DNA of 64,000 nt from the human T2T-CHM13v2.0 reference genome, Homo sapiens. Positions 1-16,110 of this stretch are shown in pieces. The notes under the pieces were generated by a model, which made no database searches, was not told the DNA's origin, and saw only the letters and a list, made by a program, of their open reading frames with translations. Made by a program: the position numbers and the translations under genes. How positions within the stretch are numbered: position 1 is the stretch's first letter; each line of letters starts with the position of its first letter. The stretch spans positions 40,320,001 through 40,384,000 of the forward strand of contig CP068257.2 of assembly GCA_009914755.4 (NCBI GenBank), given 5' to 3'.

Positions 1-658
1 CATCAGCAAGTTTTCCAAATGAAAGTTACGTTGAAAGCCACAGTTACCATACTGTAACCAGAATTCAGGCAGTGGCTGCTAGCAGAGTATGATGAACAAG
101 AGCAGGTCTGGTATAAAGACAGTGACTTTGCATTCCAAAGCTTAGCTTAGGGGAAGAACAGGCTTCTGCCTTAAGGGTACCCCTTTGCTTTTGGGGCAGA
201 AAGCAGGCACTTTCAAAAGGGGGCTTGGCATGAATGTCATGAAAGGGAGGAAGCGAGCAGGTGAGGGTTCACCTAACTTGCTTTGGCGCCTTATCTATTG
301 AGTGTCCAAGCTGGTGACCAGTGGTGCCTTAGTGGACAGGACTAGATTGTAACAGCCGAAACTCTTCCGGTGGGAGAGAGTTTCATCATGGGCACACTCT
401 GGGTTATAAATCGACTGTTCTCTCTCCAGGCAACCTCCTGGTGGGTGAGGGTTTCATTCTGGAGCACCTGAGCACATGGTTAGGTAAGCTTTCCCGGTAG
501 GCAGTTTCTGGTGAAAGGGAGGTAAGAGGCTATAATTGCATTTCTGAAGGGCTAAGTAAAAAGTGGGGAGCAGGGGGAAGTGGAGAAAGAAAAGAGAAAA
601 AAATAATAATAAACCAACAATAACTCATACTCTTTTTCTTAGAAAATGGGGGTATTCA

Positions 659-1080
<422 letters not shown>

Positions 1081-1642
1081 TTACTGATGTGTGGACCTCA
1101 GACCCCCAGGGAAGGGGTCATGAAAAGCTTCTGAACCCCCACGTGCCAGGGAAGGGCTGTGGCTGAACCTGCGGGGGAAGGGCTGGCTCTCAGGTGGCTT
1201 GAGATATGGAAATAGGAATTTCCTCCTTCTAGGTCAAACATTCTGGAGCAAACCTCTCCCAAGACATGAGGAAAGACAACATAGGTAGAAACTTGTTACT
1301 CTTGTGTAAGAAGGTAATTGAAGTCTAGGAGAAATAAATGCACTCGGTGCATGTTGGGACTAGAAGAGAATGCAGAGAGAGCCCCGGAGAAAAGTTTAAA
1401 GGCCATGCTCTGCTGCCTCCAAGCCAGCCCTCACTGGAGCCTGCTCACAGCAGCCGTGGGCAGGAGCGTGCTTCCACACCCGGTCTGAGCAGATACCCTG
1501 CAAGGCAGGCACCCAGGAGAATTCCCTTAGGAAAATGCCACAGCCCTGCAGGGCCTGCTGCCTGTGATAAATATGTGTTTGGTCTTTGTTCCTGATGCCT
1601 GGCACAAAGCTCTGAAAACCCTTGGAATCTCCCGAGAGATAA

Positions 1643-1960
<318 letters not shown>

Positions 1961-2043
1961 AAGTGTCTTTTATATGCTGACAAAAGGGCTGTTGGGGGGG
2001 ACCCCAGATAGCACCAGGATGGGGGCTGGTCACTTGAGAAACT

Positions 2044-2278
2044 TTGAGCCCCACCTCCAGCATCCCACTACCCCACCTCCAACATCCCACCACTCCACCT
2101 CCAACATCCCACCACCCCACCTCCAGCATCCCACCACCCCACCTCCAGCATCCCACCTCCCCACCTCCAGCATCCCACCTCCCCACCTCCAGCATCCCAC
2201 CTCCCCACCTCCAGCATCCCACCACCCCACCTCAAGCATCCCACCACCCCACCTCCAGCATCCCACCACTCCACCTCC
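2044..2278. repeat. Minisatellite with a 22-bp unit CCCACCTCCAGCATCCCACCAC, about 10.5 copies and slight variants (CCAACATC, CACCTCC/CACTACC).
   Basis: The run CCCCACCTCCAGCATCCCACTACCCCACCTCCAACATCCCACCACTCCACCTCCAACATCCCACCACCCCACCTCCAGCATCCCACCACCCC... can be seen directly in the sequence. It lies inside C2CD2 intron 1. Confidence 0.95.
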
Positions 2279-4341
2279 AGGGAGGGCAGAGGGGCTAGAG
2301 GTCGCATTCAATCACCTATGGCCAATGATGTAATCCATCATGCCTAGCGAATGAATCCTCCATAAAAACCCTGAAAGGATGGGTTTGGGGAGCTTCCAAG
2401 GTGGTGAATACATCAAGGTGCCGGGCGGGTGGCTCGTCCAGGCAGGGCATGAAGCTGCTGGAGTCCCTGCCCTCCCCCTCCGCCCGCCTAAGCATCCCTT
2501 CGATGTGGCCGATCCTGAGTCATATCCTTCACAATAAACTAGTAATAGTTAGTAAACTGTTTTCCTGAGTTCTGTGCTATGAGCCGCTCTAGTAAAATAT
2601 GTGAACCTCAGTGGGGTGGGTTGGGGAAGTCTGCCATCTACAGTCAGAAGAACGGGGGCAACCCGGAGCTTACGCCTGGTGTCTGAAGTGGGGGCCGTCT
2701 TGCGGGACCTAGCCCTGGGCCTTTGGGATCTGTGTTAAGTCTGAGTAATGTCAGAATGGAGTTGAACTGTAGGACACCCAGTTGGCACCAGAGTTGAAGA
2801 ACTGATAATCGGTGTGAGAAAAACCCCCACACATTTGGTGTCCAAAGTGTTGTGAGTAAACATAGTTGAGACTGCTCCTGGCCGCAGCCGCGGCTGGGCC
2901 GGGTGTGGACTCTGCACTTATCTATCGTTGGTCCTGTGGGATGACTCAAGCTGCTCCAAGTTCTGGAAGACCGCACTCTGTGTAGACTATGCAGAGAGGG
3001 TTTTGCAGATGAACCAGATATTTGCAAAGGTGATGACTTGGACACACCGAGGCCTTCAGGGTGGCAGGAGAAAGTCCAAGAAAAAGGCATCCAGTGGGCA
3101 GGGCAGCCAGTTTCATTGGGAGAGGGACCCACAGGGAGACTCCAGATGGAACACCAGTCAGGGGTTTGTCGGCGGAGAGGAGGTGGGGAGCTCAGGCCAG
3201 CCAGTCCTCGGCCTTATCCTTCCGATCAGAGATGGCATTACATAACAGACAGGCTGGGTTCCGGCGGCCTTGTCCCTGTCTTGGCTCAAATGCCAACCAC
3301 ATGTCCCTTGTCAAGGCTGAGTTAGAAAGATAGGAAGAGGCAACCTGACACCAAAGTGTGAGCTTTGAAAGGGAGGGGCGATGCCCTGGAATGAGAAGTT
3401 CCTGTTTCTTTTCTACCTCTTATTTGTCACAGGTCCTCAAGTTCTGTTACAGTTTTTTTTTTTCCTTCTCAAGAATTATGCCCAGCTGAGGGAACACGAG
3501 GCGGTGCAGACACGGAATTAGGTGTAAATTTGGAGACCATGGGGGTGTGTGGCTTAGATACCAGAGAAGAGGAACACCACTGTGAACCCGCTGCCCTACA
3601 CGGCAGTTCTAGGGCTGAACTCACCGAACAGTGTTAACAAAAAGAGGCCTTGGTGTCTTATCATTTTTATTTAACGCACGAACATTAAGCAGTGTCTCAC
3701 CCTGGACATTTTACAAGAGATTAAGCTGGCCGGATGCCTTTGCAAAAACAGTGCCCTAAAAATGTGTCATGTTTGGCCAAGATGCTCATCCAAGAATGGA
3801 AAAGGCCATGTACACAATCCAAGCACCCGAGGGTGTTCTACTCCCAACTGACCCTTCCCAGGAGCCCGGGCAGATCCCAACAGGACTTCCTCCTTGTGGG
3901 TATGCATAGGATCCAGGCTGGCAAGAGCGACCAGGCTCCTCCTCCCGCACTCACAGCCCCGTGAAAGGGGAGGGGAGGGGAGGGAACCCGTCTACCCAAC
4001 TGGTGGGCTCACCCCACCTCAAAGGACAGTGTGAGCCACAGCCACGACAAGGCAGTGGCAAGGGCTCCTTTCCTCATTTGGCCACAAAAACATAAAAGTC
4101 AAGAGCTACGTGGAAAATTGTTGCAAAACAAAACAAGAGTCCGTGTGTGTGTGCTTTTCCTCCGGCAGGAAAAAGCTTCCGAGAACACTGTTAACAGCAG
4201 CCTCATCCCAGCAGGCGGCAGCAGGAGATAGATGGTTAAAAAAAAAAAAGTTTGGACATTTTTATTTTTAACTTTTTAATGACCATGAACTATTTCTGTA
4301 ATTATATCAAAACAAATACAATTTAATCATCCACTTTCACC

Positions 4342-4634
4342 AGGTGAGGTGGCTCACACCTATAATCTCAGCACTTTGGGAGGCAGAAGACGATGGATTA
4401 CTTGAGCCCAGGAGTTCAAGACCAACCTGGGCTACAAAGTGAGACCCCATTTCTACAGAAAAAATAAAAAAACTAGCCGGGCATGATGCTGCATGTCCGT
4501 AGTCCCAGCTACCGGGGAGGCTGAGGCAGGAGGACTGTTGAGCCCAGGAGGTGGAGGCTGCAGTGAGCAGTGTCTGTGCCAGTACACTCCAGCCTAGGCG
4601 ACAGAGTGAAACCCTGTCTCAAAAAATAAAAAAC
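4342..4634 (+). mobile_element. Alu SINE.
   Basis: GGTGGCTCACACCTATAATCTCAGCACTTTGGGAGGC ... CCAGCCTAGGCGACAGAGTGAAACCCTGTCTCAAAAAATAAAAAA. Confidence 0.9.
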
Positions 4635-4849
4635 AGTCCACTTCCTAAGGCTGCTTTTCTGACACTATGTATCAAGATCCTGAAACATGTGCTAGTCCAC
4701 TTCCTAAGGTTGCTTTTCTGACAATATGTATCAACATCCTTCAAAATGCACGTACTCTTTCTCAAGTACCTCTACTCTTCTACTTCTAGGAACAGTGAGG
4801 AAATAAACACATGAGCAAAAATAACAACAGAGGTAGGAGAAAATATTGA

Positions 4850-5380
<531 letters not shown>

Positions 5381-5775
5381 AGCCTTGACTCTTATGTGTT
5401 CATTCATTAGAATTTTAGGGGAATTTTAGTAACATGGGGGAAAGAATATAAATGGAATATAGTGTAAATTGTAGCAAAAAATAAATGCAGAAGCAAAAGA
5501 CTGGCAATGCACACCAACACATGAACAGAGCTAATCACCAGTTCACGCAACTACTGTGTGTTTTTATTAAATATTCTTCTGTGTCTTTCAAGTTTTCATC
5601 AATGAACTCGTATTGATTTTATGATAATAGCGGAATTCCTATGTTTGAGACAGAATGGAACCATGGCAGCCTGAGGTCTGAACTTGCCAGAGTGTGGGAG
5701 TATCTGCAAACTGCAGCATGCCCGTCTGTGCTTGCTGAAGCCTGACCCCCACAGCCAGAAAAGTTCTGACACTGA

Positions 5776-6044
<269 letters not shown>

Positions 6045-6059
6045 GTCCTGACACCTTGA

Positions 6060-6800
6060 ATGGTGCTGGGAAAACTGGCTATCCACGTGCAGAAGAATGA
6101 AATTAGACCCTTATCTCACACATATATAAAAATCAACTCAAAATGCATGAAAAACTTAAATGTGAGACCAGAAACTATAAAACTACTAGAAAAAAAACAT
6201 AGAAGGAAAGCTTTAAGACACTGGATTGGGCAATGATTTTTTTTTTGGTATGATCCCCAAAACACAGGCAACAAAAACAAAAACAGACAAATGGGACTGC
6301 ATCAAAACTAAAAACTCTGCACATCCAAGGAACCATCAACGGAGTGAAGAGACAACCTATGGAATGGAATCACATATTTACAAGCCATTTATCTGATAAG
6401 CGGTTAATATCCAAAATAAATAAACAACTCAAGTAACTCAACAGCAGGAAAACAAATAACCCAATTAAAAAATGGGCAAAGGATCTGAATAGATGTTTCT
6501 CCTTTAGATGGCCAACAGGTCTATGAAAAAGGGCTCAACATCACTAATCATTAGGGAAATGCAAATCAAAGCCACAAGGAGATATCACGTCAAACCTGTG
6601 AGAATGGCTATTAGCAAAAATATGAGCAATAACAAGTGCTGGTAAGGATGTGGAGAAAAGGGAACCCTTGTATGCTGTTGGTGACAATGTAAATTATTCC
6701 GGCCATTACAGAAAACAATATGGAAGCTCCTTTAAAAATTAAACAGAGAACTACCATATGATCCAGCAGTCCCACTACTGGGTATACTGTTAACCCTTGA
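6060..6800 (+). mobile_element. L1 (LINE-1) 3'-end fragment covering the ORF2 C-terminal / 3'UTR region.
   Basis: Typical L1 3' sequence: ...ACTATAAAACTACTAGAAAAAAACATAGGAAG..., ...GGCAAAGGATCTGAATAGA..., ...AGGGAAATGCAAATCAAAGCCACAAGGAGATATCAC..., ...CCAGCAGTCCCACTACTGGGTATAC. Confidence 0.85.
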
Positions 6801-6973
6801 ACAACGTGGGTTTCAACTGCACAGGTCCACTAATACATAGATTTTTTCCCACCTCTGCCACCCCTGCTACAGCATGACCAACCCCTCCTCTCCCTCCTCC
6901 TCAGCCTACTCAACGTGAAGACGATGAGGATGAAGACCTTTATGATGATCCACTTCCACTTAATGAATGGTAA

Positions 6974-7307
<334 letters not shown>

Positions 7308-7309
7308 AT

Positions 7310-7600
7310 TTTTTTTTCTTTTTTTGAGACGGCATCTCACTCTGTTACCCAGGCTAGAGTGCAGTGGCTTGATCTCGGCTCACTGCAACCTCCGCCTCCC
7401 AGGTTCAAGCAATTCTCTGCCTCAGCCTCCTGAGTAGCTGGGATTACAGGCACCCATCACCACGCTCGGCTAATTTTTCTGTATTTTTAGTAGAGACAGG
7501 GTTTCACCAAGTTGGCCAGGCTGGTCTCGAACTCCTGACCTCGTGATCCACCTGCCTCAGCCTCCCAAAGTGCTGGGATTACAGGCATAAGCCACCTTCA
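7310..7600 (-). mobile_element. Alu SINE (reverse orientation), second of the tandem pair.
   Basis: TTTTTTTCTTTTTTTGAGACGGCATCTCACTCTGTTACCCAGGCTAGAGTGCAGTGG ... GGATTACAGGCATAAGCCACC. Confidence 0.9.
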
Positions 7601-7849
7601 CAACATTTTTCTCTGGCTTACTTCATTGTAAGAATAGAGTATATAATACAGATAACATACAAAATATATGCCAATTGACTACATTATCAGTAAGACTTCT
7701 GGTCAACAGCACGCTATTAATAGTTAAGTTTCTGTGGAGTCAAAAGTTATATACGGATTTTTGATGGCACAAGGGGTCAGTGCCCCTAACCCTCATGCTG
7801 TTCAAGGGTCCATTATAGATCCAAAGGAAATAAAATCAGTATGTTGAAA

Positions 7850-8440
7850 AGATACCCAGAGCATTATTCAAAACAGCCAAGAGATGGGATCAACCTAAGT
7901 GTCCATCAACAGAAGAATGGATAAAGAAAATGTGGCAGATATACACAATGGAATATTAGCCTTAAAAATGAAGAAAATCCTGTCATTTGCAACAACATGG
8001 ATAAACCTGGAGAACATTATGTTAAGGGAAATAAATCAAGCACAGAAAGACAAATTCCACGTGATCTCACTTACAAGTAGAATCTTAAAAAGTTAAACTC
8101 AAAGAAACCAAGAGCAGAATGGTGGTTACCAGACGCTGGGGAGTTGGGGACGTCGGGGAGGTATTGGTTAAAGGATACCAAATTTCATTTAGAAGGAACA
8201 CGTTCAAGAGACCTATTGCATACCGTGGTGACTAAAGTTAATAAAAATACATTATATACCTGAAAATTGCTAAAAGAGTAGATTTTAAATTTCTAACCAC
8301 ACAAAATGGTAAGTATGTGACATCATCTGTATGTTAGATTTAGCCATTCCACACGTGTATATATATATATATATAAACATCATGATGCATACCATAAATA
8401 TGTACAATTTTCATCAATTAAAAAAAATAAATTTTAAAAA
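7850..8440 (+). mobile_element. L1 3'-end fragment, followed by a short (TA)n at about 8353-8376.
   Basis: ...ACAGCCAAGAGATGGGATCAACCTAAGTGTCCATCAACAGAAGAATGGATAAAGAAAATGTGGCA(G/C)ATATACACAATGGAATA(T/C)TA... ...GAGTTGGGGACGTCGGGGAGGTATTGGTTAAAGGATACCAAATTTCA... are canonical L1PA/L1PB 3' motifs. Confidence 0.85.
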
Positions 8441-8811
8441 CAAAATAAAGTCATTGACACCTGGCAAGGATTGACAAATCATAGCTCAGGTAAAGGAAGG
8501 GTAAACAAATTAAACAAAGCTTGTATGTGAAATAGTGAAACCTTAAGAAATCTCTATACCCTTCCATATTTTTAATTATTGTGGTAAAATACACATAAAA
8601 CTGACCATTTAAGCCATTTTTGAGTGCACAGTTCAGTGGCATTAAGTCCATTCACTTTGTTGTATCAACCATCATTACCATCCACCTCCAGAACCTGCAT
8701 CTTCCCAAACTGAAACTCTGTCCTCACTAAGCACTAACTCCCCGCTTTCCTCCCCCAAGCACCTGGCACGCACCATTCCACTTTCTGTCTCTCTGAATCA
8801 GGCTACTCTAG

Positions 8812-9231
<420 letters not shown>

Positions 9232-11260
9232 TAGAATGTCCTCACTTTCTATGGCTGAATTCTATTCCACCGCGTGGACGAGCCACAGTTTATTGATCTA
9301 TTCGCCCATCAGTGGGCCCTTGGGTTCCTTCCACATTTCAGCAGTTATGAAAAATGTTGCTATGGTCATGGCCATACAAATACGATGCTGTTTTTCACTT
9401 CTAATTTACATGTACTATTTCTGTCATGTCCATTTCTGAAATTGTATTTATTAAAAGGATTACAATTGAATTACCTACCGTGTAAGGCCACTTTTCTGGC
9501 AATATGAAGTTTTTTTAAAGATGGAGTCTTGCTATTTCCACAGCCCCGCTTCCTCCACTCCCTGTCCAGACCAGCCCTGAACATTCCACTCCTCTCTGAA
9601 CTGGGAAAGTATCAAAAACACCATACAGAAACCACCCAGCCACAAAGGGATGAAGTCTCTATTTGCCACAAATAGAGAGGGTGCTCACCGCCTGGGAAGG
9701 CACTTCCAAAGCAGCGGGCTCCAGGAGGGCAGGCCCACGGCTCTCTGCACCTCAGCTCCCAAGAGTATAAAATGGGCACTGGAGCACCTGCCGCAGGGCC
9801 CTCCCAGCTCTCCAGGCTGTGCCAGTCTCAGCATCCCGCACCGCTGCCATGGGCTTCCTCCTGCAACCCCAGTACTTTCCAGTGACTTCCTCACACTACT
9901 TACAAGGATTATCTAACAGCGTGGCTCCAGGACTGACGAGGGTATGCAGGAAGGAGAGCTCTCCTATGCTGCTGGGGCAGAGAAAACCGGGAACAGCACT
10001 TTGGTGACTGACTCAGGAATACTTGGTCAAGCTGAAGTATGCACACCAGTGACCCGCCAGGCTCATGCCTGCCCTTGGGGTCCTCCGGTGCTTGTCTGAG
10101 GAGTCGGGAGGCGGTGAACAGACACAATCGCTGCAGCACTGTCTGTGCGGACTGAGCATCCCGAATCCGAACATCCCAAATCTGAAACGCTCCAAAATCT
10201 GAAACTTTTTGAGGGCCAATGTGATGCTCGAAGGAAATGCTCACTGGAGTATTTTGGATTCGAGATGCTTGACTAGTAAAAAAATAATACAAATATTCAA
10301 AAATCCAAAAAAAGATCTGATACCCGAAACACTCCTGGCCCCAAGAATTTCAGGTAAGGGATACTCAACCTGTACTTTCAAAAAAGAGAAAATAATTTCA
10401 TTATCCAGCAACAGGAGATGGGTAAGTGAGCTCGGGTTCATCTGGAATCCTGAATTATAGTTGAAGCAAAATGAACTACAAAGAAAAGAACTACAAAAAC
10501 CAACCTGGAGAAGTCTCAAAATTACGGTGATCTACATAGAGAAAGCTTGTTGCAAAAGTGTACATAAAAAATGGTAAAAATGTTAAACACACAAATACCC
10601 CAGCTGTCACAGGGATACGTAAGAGGTGGGGTGAAGGGGCTGGCAGCACTCTCCTCAGTCTGGGGCCACACAGGCGTCCCCTCCTTGCTGCCTGCTAAAT
10701 GGTACCCACATACCTAACTTGATAATAAAATGCAGACGGAGCCATAAACATCATACAGCAACACAGGTAACATATAAACACAGGTTGAAAATGAAGGAAG
10801 AGCAGCCCAACTTTACAAGAACAGTCATCACTGTAGGTAGGAAGAGGAGGAATGGAGGATGGAACTTCATTATAGATGATGCTTTCCAAAATAGATTCTT
10901 TATATACACATATGGGAAATGTACATGTGAGTTATGGGGAAGGCGGGAAGCACTGCTTCCTTCTTTTCCCTCCTAAAGTGAGACCATACCATCATGTCTA
11001 ACTGCAACTCTAGACTGTAAGTTACAAATCAGTGCATTCAGCAGCCAACAAGAATATACTGTATTTCTCCATGTGGAGCTGGCCTTTGGATTTGCTAGTT
11101 ATGCTGAACATAACTGGCAAATAAACCATTTTTATTAATGGGGAAAATTCAGAGCCCAAGAGTAAGAAATATATAATGATAATAATAATAATAATAATAA
11201 CAACAGCAACAATAATATAATAAGTACAAGGGTAAGATTTGTATTGAAGAGAAAATTTCA

Positions 11261-11570
11261 GCTGGTCATGGAGAGTCACATCTATAATCCCAGCACTTTG
11301 GGAGGCTGAGGTGGGAGGATCACTTGAAACTAAGAGGAGGTCAAAACCAGCTTAGGCAACATAGCAAGACCCCATCTCTGCAAAAAAAAGAAATTAAAAA
11401 ATTAGCCAGGCACGGTGACACGTGCCTGTAGTCCCAGCTACTCAGGAGGCTAAGGCAGGAGGATCATTTGGGCCCAGAAGTTTGAGGGTACAGTAAGCTG
11501 ATGCCCCTGCACTCCAGCCTGGGCAACAGAGCGAGATCCCATCCCTAAAACAATACAAAACAAAGCCAAA
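11261..11570 (+). mobile_element. Alu SINE (older, diverged), preceded by an (ATA)n/(ATAATA)n microsatellite at about 11178-11222.
   Basis: ...ATCTATAATCCCAGCACTTTGGGAGGCTGAGGTGGGAGGATCACTTGAA ... AAATTAGCCAGGCACGGTGACACGTGCCTGTAGTCCCAGCTACTCAGGAGGCTAAGGCAGGAGGATCA ... GCACTCCAGCCTGGGCAACAGAGCGAGATCCCATCCC. Confidence 0.85.
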
Positions 11571-12198
11571 AAAGAGAGAGAGAAAATGTCTTAGGACTTA
11601 TTACAGAAGCTTTTATGCTTTATGCTATCTGACCAGTCTAGTAAGTGGAGCACATAAACTGTTAGCAACAGGAAAATGAATTCTACATAACATCTACATA
11701 GTTCATATACACATAAATATATGTACATAAATCTAGATATATCATAAATATATAAAGTCTACAACATGATGTGCATATTTGAGCAACAGATATCAGATGT
11801 CCTGAGATACAATTCACCTGTTGAAGCTATACAAATCAATGGTTTTAAATATATTCGCAGAGTTCTACAACTATCACCACCATCAGTTCTAGAACATTTC
11901 ATCACCCCAACATGAAACCTTCAACCCATCAGCAGTTACTCTCCATTTTCCCCCAAGAGTCCCTCACCCAGGCCTTGGCAACACGAATCTCCTTTGTGTC
12001 TCTGCAGGTTTATCTATTCTGGATGGTTCATATAAATGGAACCACACAATATGAGGTTTTTGTGTCCAGCTTTTTCTACTTGACACGGTATTTTCAGGGT
12101 TCATCCGCACCGGAGCGAGTGTCAGAATCTCGCTCCTTTTGAAGGCGGAATAACGTCCCATTATGTGGACGGATCACACTTTCTTCATCTACCCATCA

Positions 12199-12492
<294 letters not shown>

Positions 12493-13209
12493 TTACATAT
12501 CTGTTTAAAGTTCTGAAAAATTAAGAAAATGTACTAACACATCTTTCTGTGAACTCTGTGCTTCTAATAGCAGCAATGGCTAAATATCAGGAGCTCTGCA
12601 CATCCAAGGAGCAGCTGGTGATGGATTGTGCTCAGTGGGCAGGATTCAGTTATGGGAGAAGGCTGGGAAAGGACAGGAACCCGGGAGTAAACCTGAAGAT
12701 GCTGCAGGAAGGCAGCGAAGGGTGTTTTGAATCTTCCTGCTGACAGCATAAGGAAAGAAACAGACTCTTGGGGCAGGGCTGCTTCGTGCAAATCAGAGGA
12801 TCTGTGGGTCTAGCGGCGCACCTCGCCCAGCACAGAGGGCTCCAGGCTGTGTCCTCCCTGTTGCTAGGGACAGTCCTCTATTCTGGTCTAGGAGAGGCAC
12901 CTCTCCTGTTGCGTGTGGTTGCTGTGGTACGATTACTTAGGGTGCCCCCCATTCTCCTCTCCTACCCCCCAGGGGCTGGCCTCTCCCTGGGATCTGAGAG
13001 GGTGGCCAAGATTCCTTGGCTGGAAATGAACCCGCCTGGTGGCTGCCCACAGAGTAGACTCCTCAACCCCTACTTCACAGCCCTCTGGAGCCACCTGGCC
13101 CCAAGGTTCACCTGTGCCCGTGGCTCTGCATGTTCCCCCAGCATCCTTCCAGGAAACTCGGTCAGCTCATGTCTGTTCTGGTTCTTCCAGTTAAAAATCT
13201 CCAAGCAAA

Positions 13210-13496
13210 GCCAGGCATGGTGGCTCACACCGGTAATCCCAGTACTTTGGGAGGCCAAGGTGGAAGGATTGCTCAAGGCCAGCAGTTCGAGACCAGCCTG
13301 GCCAACACGGTGAAACCCTGCCTCTACCAAAAATACAAATATTAGCTGGGTGTGGTGGCACACGTGTAATCCCAGCTACTCAGGAAGCTGAGGCATGACA
13401 ATCACTTGCACCCAGGAGGTGGAGGTTGTATTCAGCTGAGATCACACTCCAGCCTGGGCGACAGAGTAAGGCCCTGTCTCAAAAAGAAAAAAAAAA
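13210..13496 (+). mobile_element. Alu SINE.
   Basis: GCCAGGCATGGTGGCTCACACCGGTAATCCCAGTACTTTGGGAGGCCAAGGTGG ... CCAGCCTGGGCGACAGAGTAAGGCCCTGTCTCAAAAAGAAAAAAAAAA. Confidence 0.9.
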
Positions 13497-14421
13497 TTCT
13501 CCAAACGAGAGACGCACAATTAAATGAACAGGACCACAAGGCAACAAGGCCAACGTTTTATGACGAAGAACCCAGGGCTTATGTGACCAACCAAGTCTTG
13601 TCCAAGTCTTGTCTAGCTCTCGAGAGGCCAAACGTGTACATCAACAACACAATCCCAGATCGAAACTCTCCTAGAACTCTGTTCCTGACATGCTGTAGAA
13701 AGCACACCGTGTTTCAATGAGCTCCGACTGGGTGGTTAAAAAACACACAGCCCCACAAGCTCCCATCGTATCTCATCTCCACCGTGGTGAGCTAGGTCCA
13801 GCTACAAGGCGTGACCGAGGGTGGGAGAGGGGAAGCGGTGTAAAACCTTGCCGTGGCGATTCCAGCAAGCATGGTGCAAGTGAGCAAGCGATGAGGTTAC
13901 GCTGTGGCTATTTCTCAAGAATGCCCAATGACCCGCGTAAACCTAAAGGGGACAGAACATTTTGATTTATAGGCTTCTAACCTCACCCTTTTCTTACACT
14001 GTCTATCTCATCCCCCAAAAATCAGCAGAGAATTAAATGTACTGCTCGAGAGGGCTGAAATCACAGTTTCAGGGCTGCTCTGCTGGCATTCTCTGTGGTG
14101 GGAGCTTGTTTGAGTGGGACCTGCTGGCCAGGGCCACGCTCTGAGCTTGGTGATGAGACGGTTCTGTGCACCAGGCTCTCTGGCCTGAGAGAACAGAACC
14201 CAGCACAGAGGCCAGTGCCAGGCAGAGAACCATGAGCAGGCAACATGCCAGCCGCTCGGAGGATGCAGCGGAGAAACAATGTACCTTCTGTAGGAGCCTA
14301 AAGATACGCTGTTGCCTTATACCAGCCTGGGTGCAGACTCATGCTCCCCTGAGGCGGCAGATGCAGTGTTTACCCTCTTCCCTTGCTACCTTCTGAATTC
14401 AAACCTTGAAAAGAGTTTGCA

Positions 14422-14797
<376 letters not shown>

Positions 14798-15789
14798 TTA
14801 TTAAGAGAGATTGCTTTTCCTTTTCTGATCTGCCTAGTCCTTGAGTTTCAGGAGCAGGGTGTGCCTGCCTGCCACACACAACCACAAATTCAGGTATTTC
14901 TGCATCTCTGCTGCTGTGTCAATGCTGACAGAACCCTCATTCCAGACCCCACTCCACTTAGACTAAAGGAAGACTTTGTGTCCACATAGAAAAAGAAACA
15001 CACAAGAATTGCCAGGAAAACACTGAAAAAGGAAGACAAGGGTGACTAGCTCCACCAGATATTAAAACAGACTATAGAAACCCCGTAATTAAAACTGTGT
15101 GGCTCTGGTGCACCAACAAACACATGCACTACGAATGAACAATATAACCACACTGAAGGGGATGGGAAAAACACGGATATAACCTAAGAAGCTTGGAAAA
15201 CTGCATCTTGACTGCATATAAATGCTATAATCCAGTAAATGTGTTTCATAGGTTGGGAACTCAGAAACTACTTCATGCATATACTAGAACTGAACACATA
15301 AGTAGTAAGTAAATAAGACAGCAGGTGTGCAATGTCTTACTCTTGGAGAAGGGAGTTAAGAATAAGAAAGTGAAAAAACTAAAATGAACTCTGTACCGTT
15401 GGACTAGAACCCAAGGTACAGGATACAATCACGGTTTTTCAGATAAACACAGAGAGAAATACACAGAAATATAGACATGCGCACACACGTTGGTATACAC
15501 ACGTATGTTTGCTATTGCTGAACACTGAAGAGGAGCAATGAGAACCAAGAGGTAATGAACACACTTAATGCCTAGGTCTTGGTTTCTAAACACTTCTCCA
15601 ATAAAAGGAATCAGGGCTGCTTGAAGAAGTGGCTGAATCCAGGGCCTGTGGGGAGCCAAAAACAAATATTTTGTGGAAACATGAAGTAAGGAAATGAAAA
15701 AAAAAAAAAGTGGGCTTGATGGAAGAACACAAGAGGCTACTCTCAAAGGAGCACCCTGATGGTCCAAAGGAGAACAACCTAAGCAACTG

Positions 15790-16110
15790 ATTCGGTTTGG
15801 CTCTGTTTGTAACCACCATGTGTCAAGAGAGGGACCTGTAATCCTCACCTGCAGAGGGAGGGAGGTAACTGGATCATGGGGCAGTCTCTCCCATACTGTT
15901 CTCATATAGTGAGTTCTCACAAGATCTGATGCTTTTCTAAGTGTTTGGAAGTTCCTCCTTCCTTCTTCCCTCTCCTGCCGCCTTATGAAGAAGGTGACGG
16001 CTTTCCCTACCATCATGATTGTAAGTTTCCTGAGGCTTCCCCAGCCATGTGGAACTGTGAGTCATTAAATGTCTTTCCTTTATCAATTACCCACTCTCAG
16101 GGAAGTCCTT
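15790..16110 (+). repeat. Copy 1 of an ancient primate interspersed repeat family (the element with the '...GATTGTAAGTTTCCTGAGGC(T/C)TCCCCAGCCATGTGGAACTGTGAGTCA-TTAAA...TTATCAATTACCCA(C/G)TCTCAGG' motif).
   Basis: A second copy about 75% identical lies about 650 bp downstream (16470-16830). Both contain the conserved '...GAGTTCTCA(C/T)(A/G)AGATCTG(A/G)T...' and '...CC(A/T)CCA(T/G)(C/G)ATTGTAAGTTTCCTGAGGC...' blocks. I recognise the family as a common interspersed repeat but will not name the subfamily. Confidence 0.6.

Noticed and set aside
9500-10300. Possible additional C2CD2 exon around 9.69-9.9 kb (a 'ggtgag' donor-like motif on the minus strand at 9684-9689 and minus ORFs 9685-9894 / 9909-10292).
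   Set aside because: The translations are not protein-like (Arg/Pro/Cys-rich with no similarity to TMEM24 downstream segments) and no convincing acceptor is present. GTGAG motifs are frequent by chance. Further C2CD2 exons probably lie outside the window or are too short to see in a >=60-aa ORF track.
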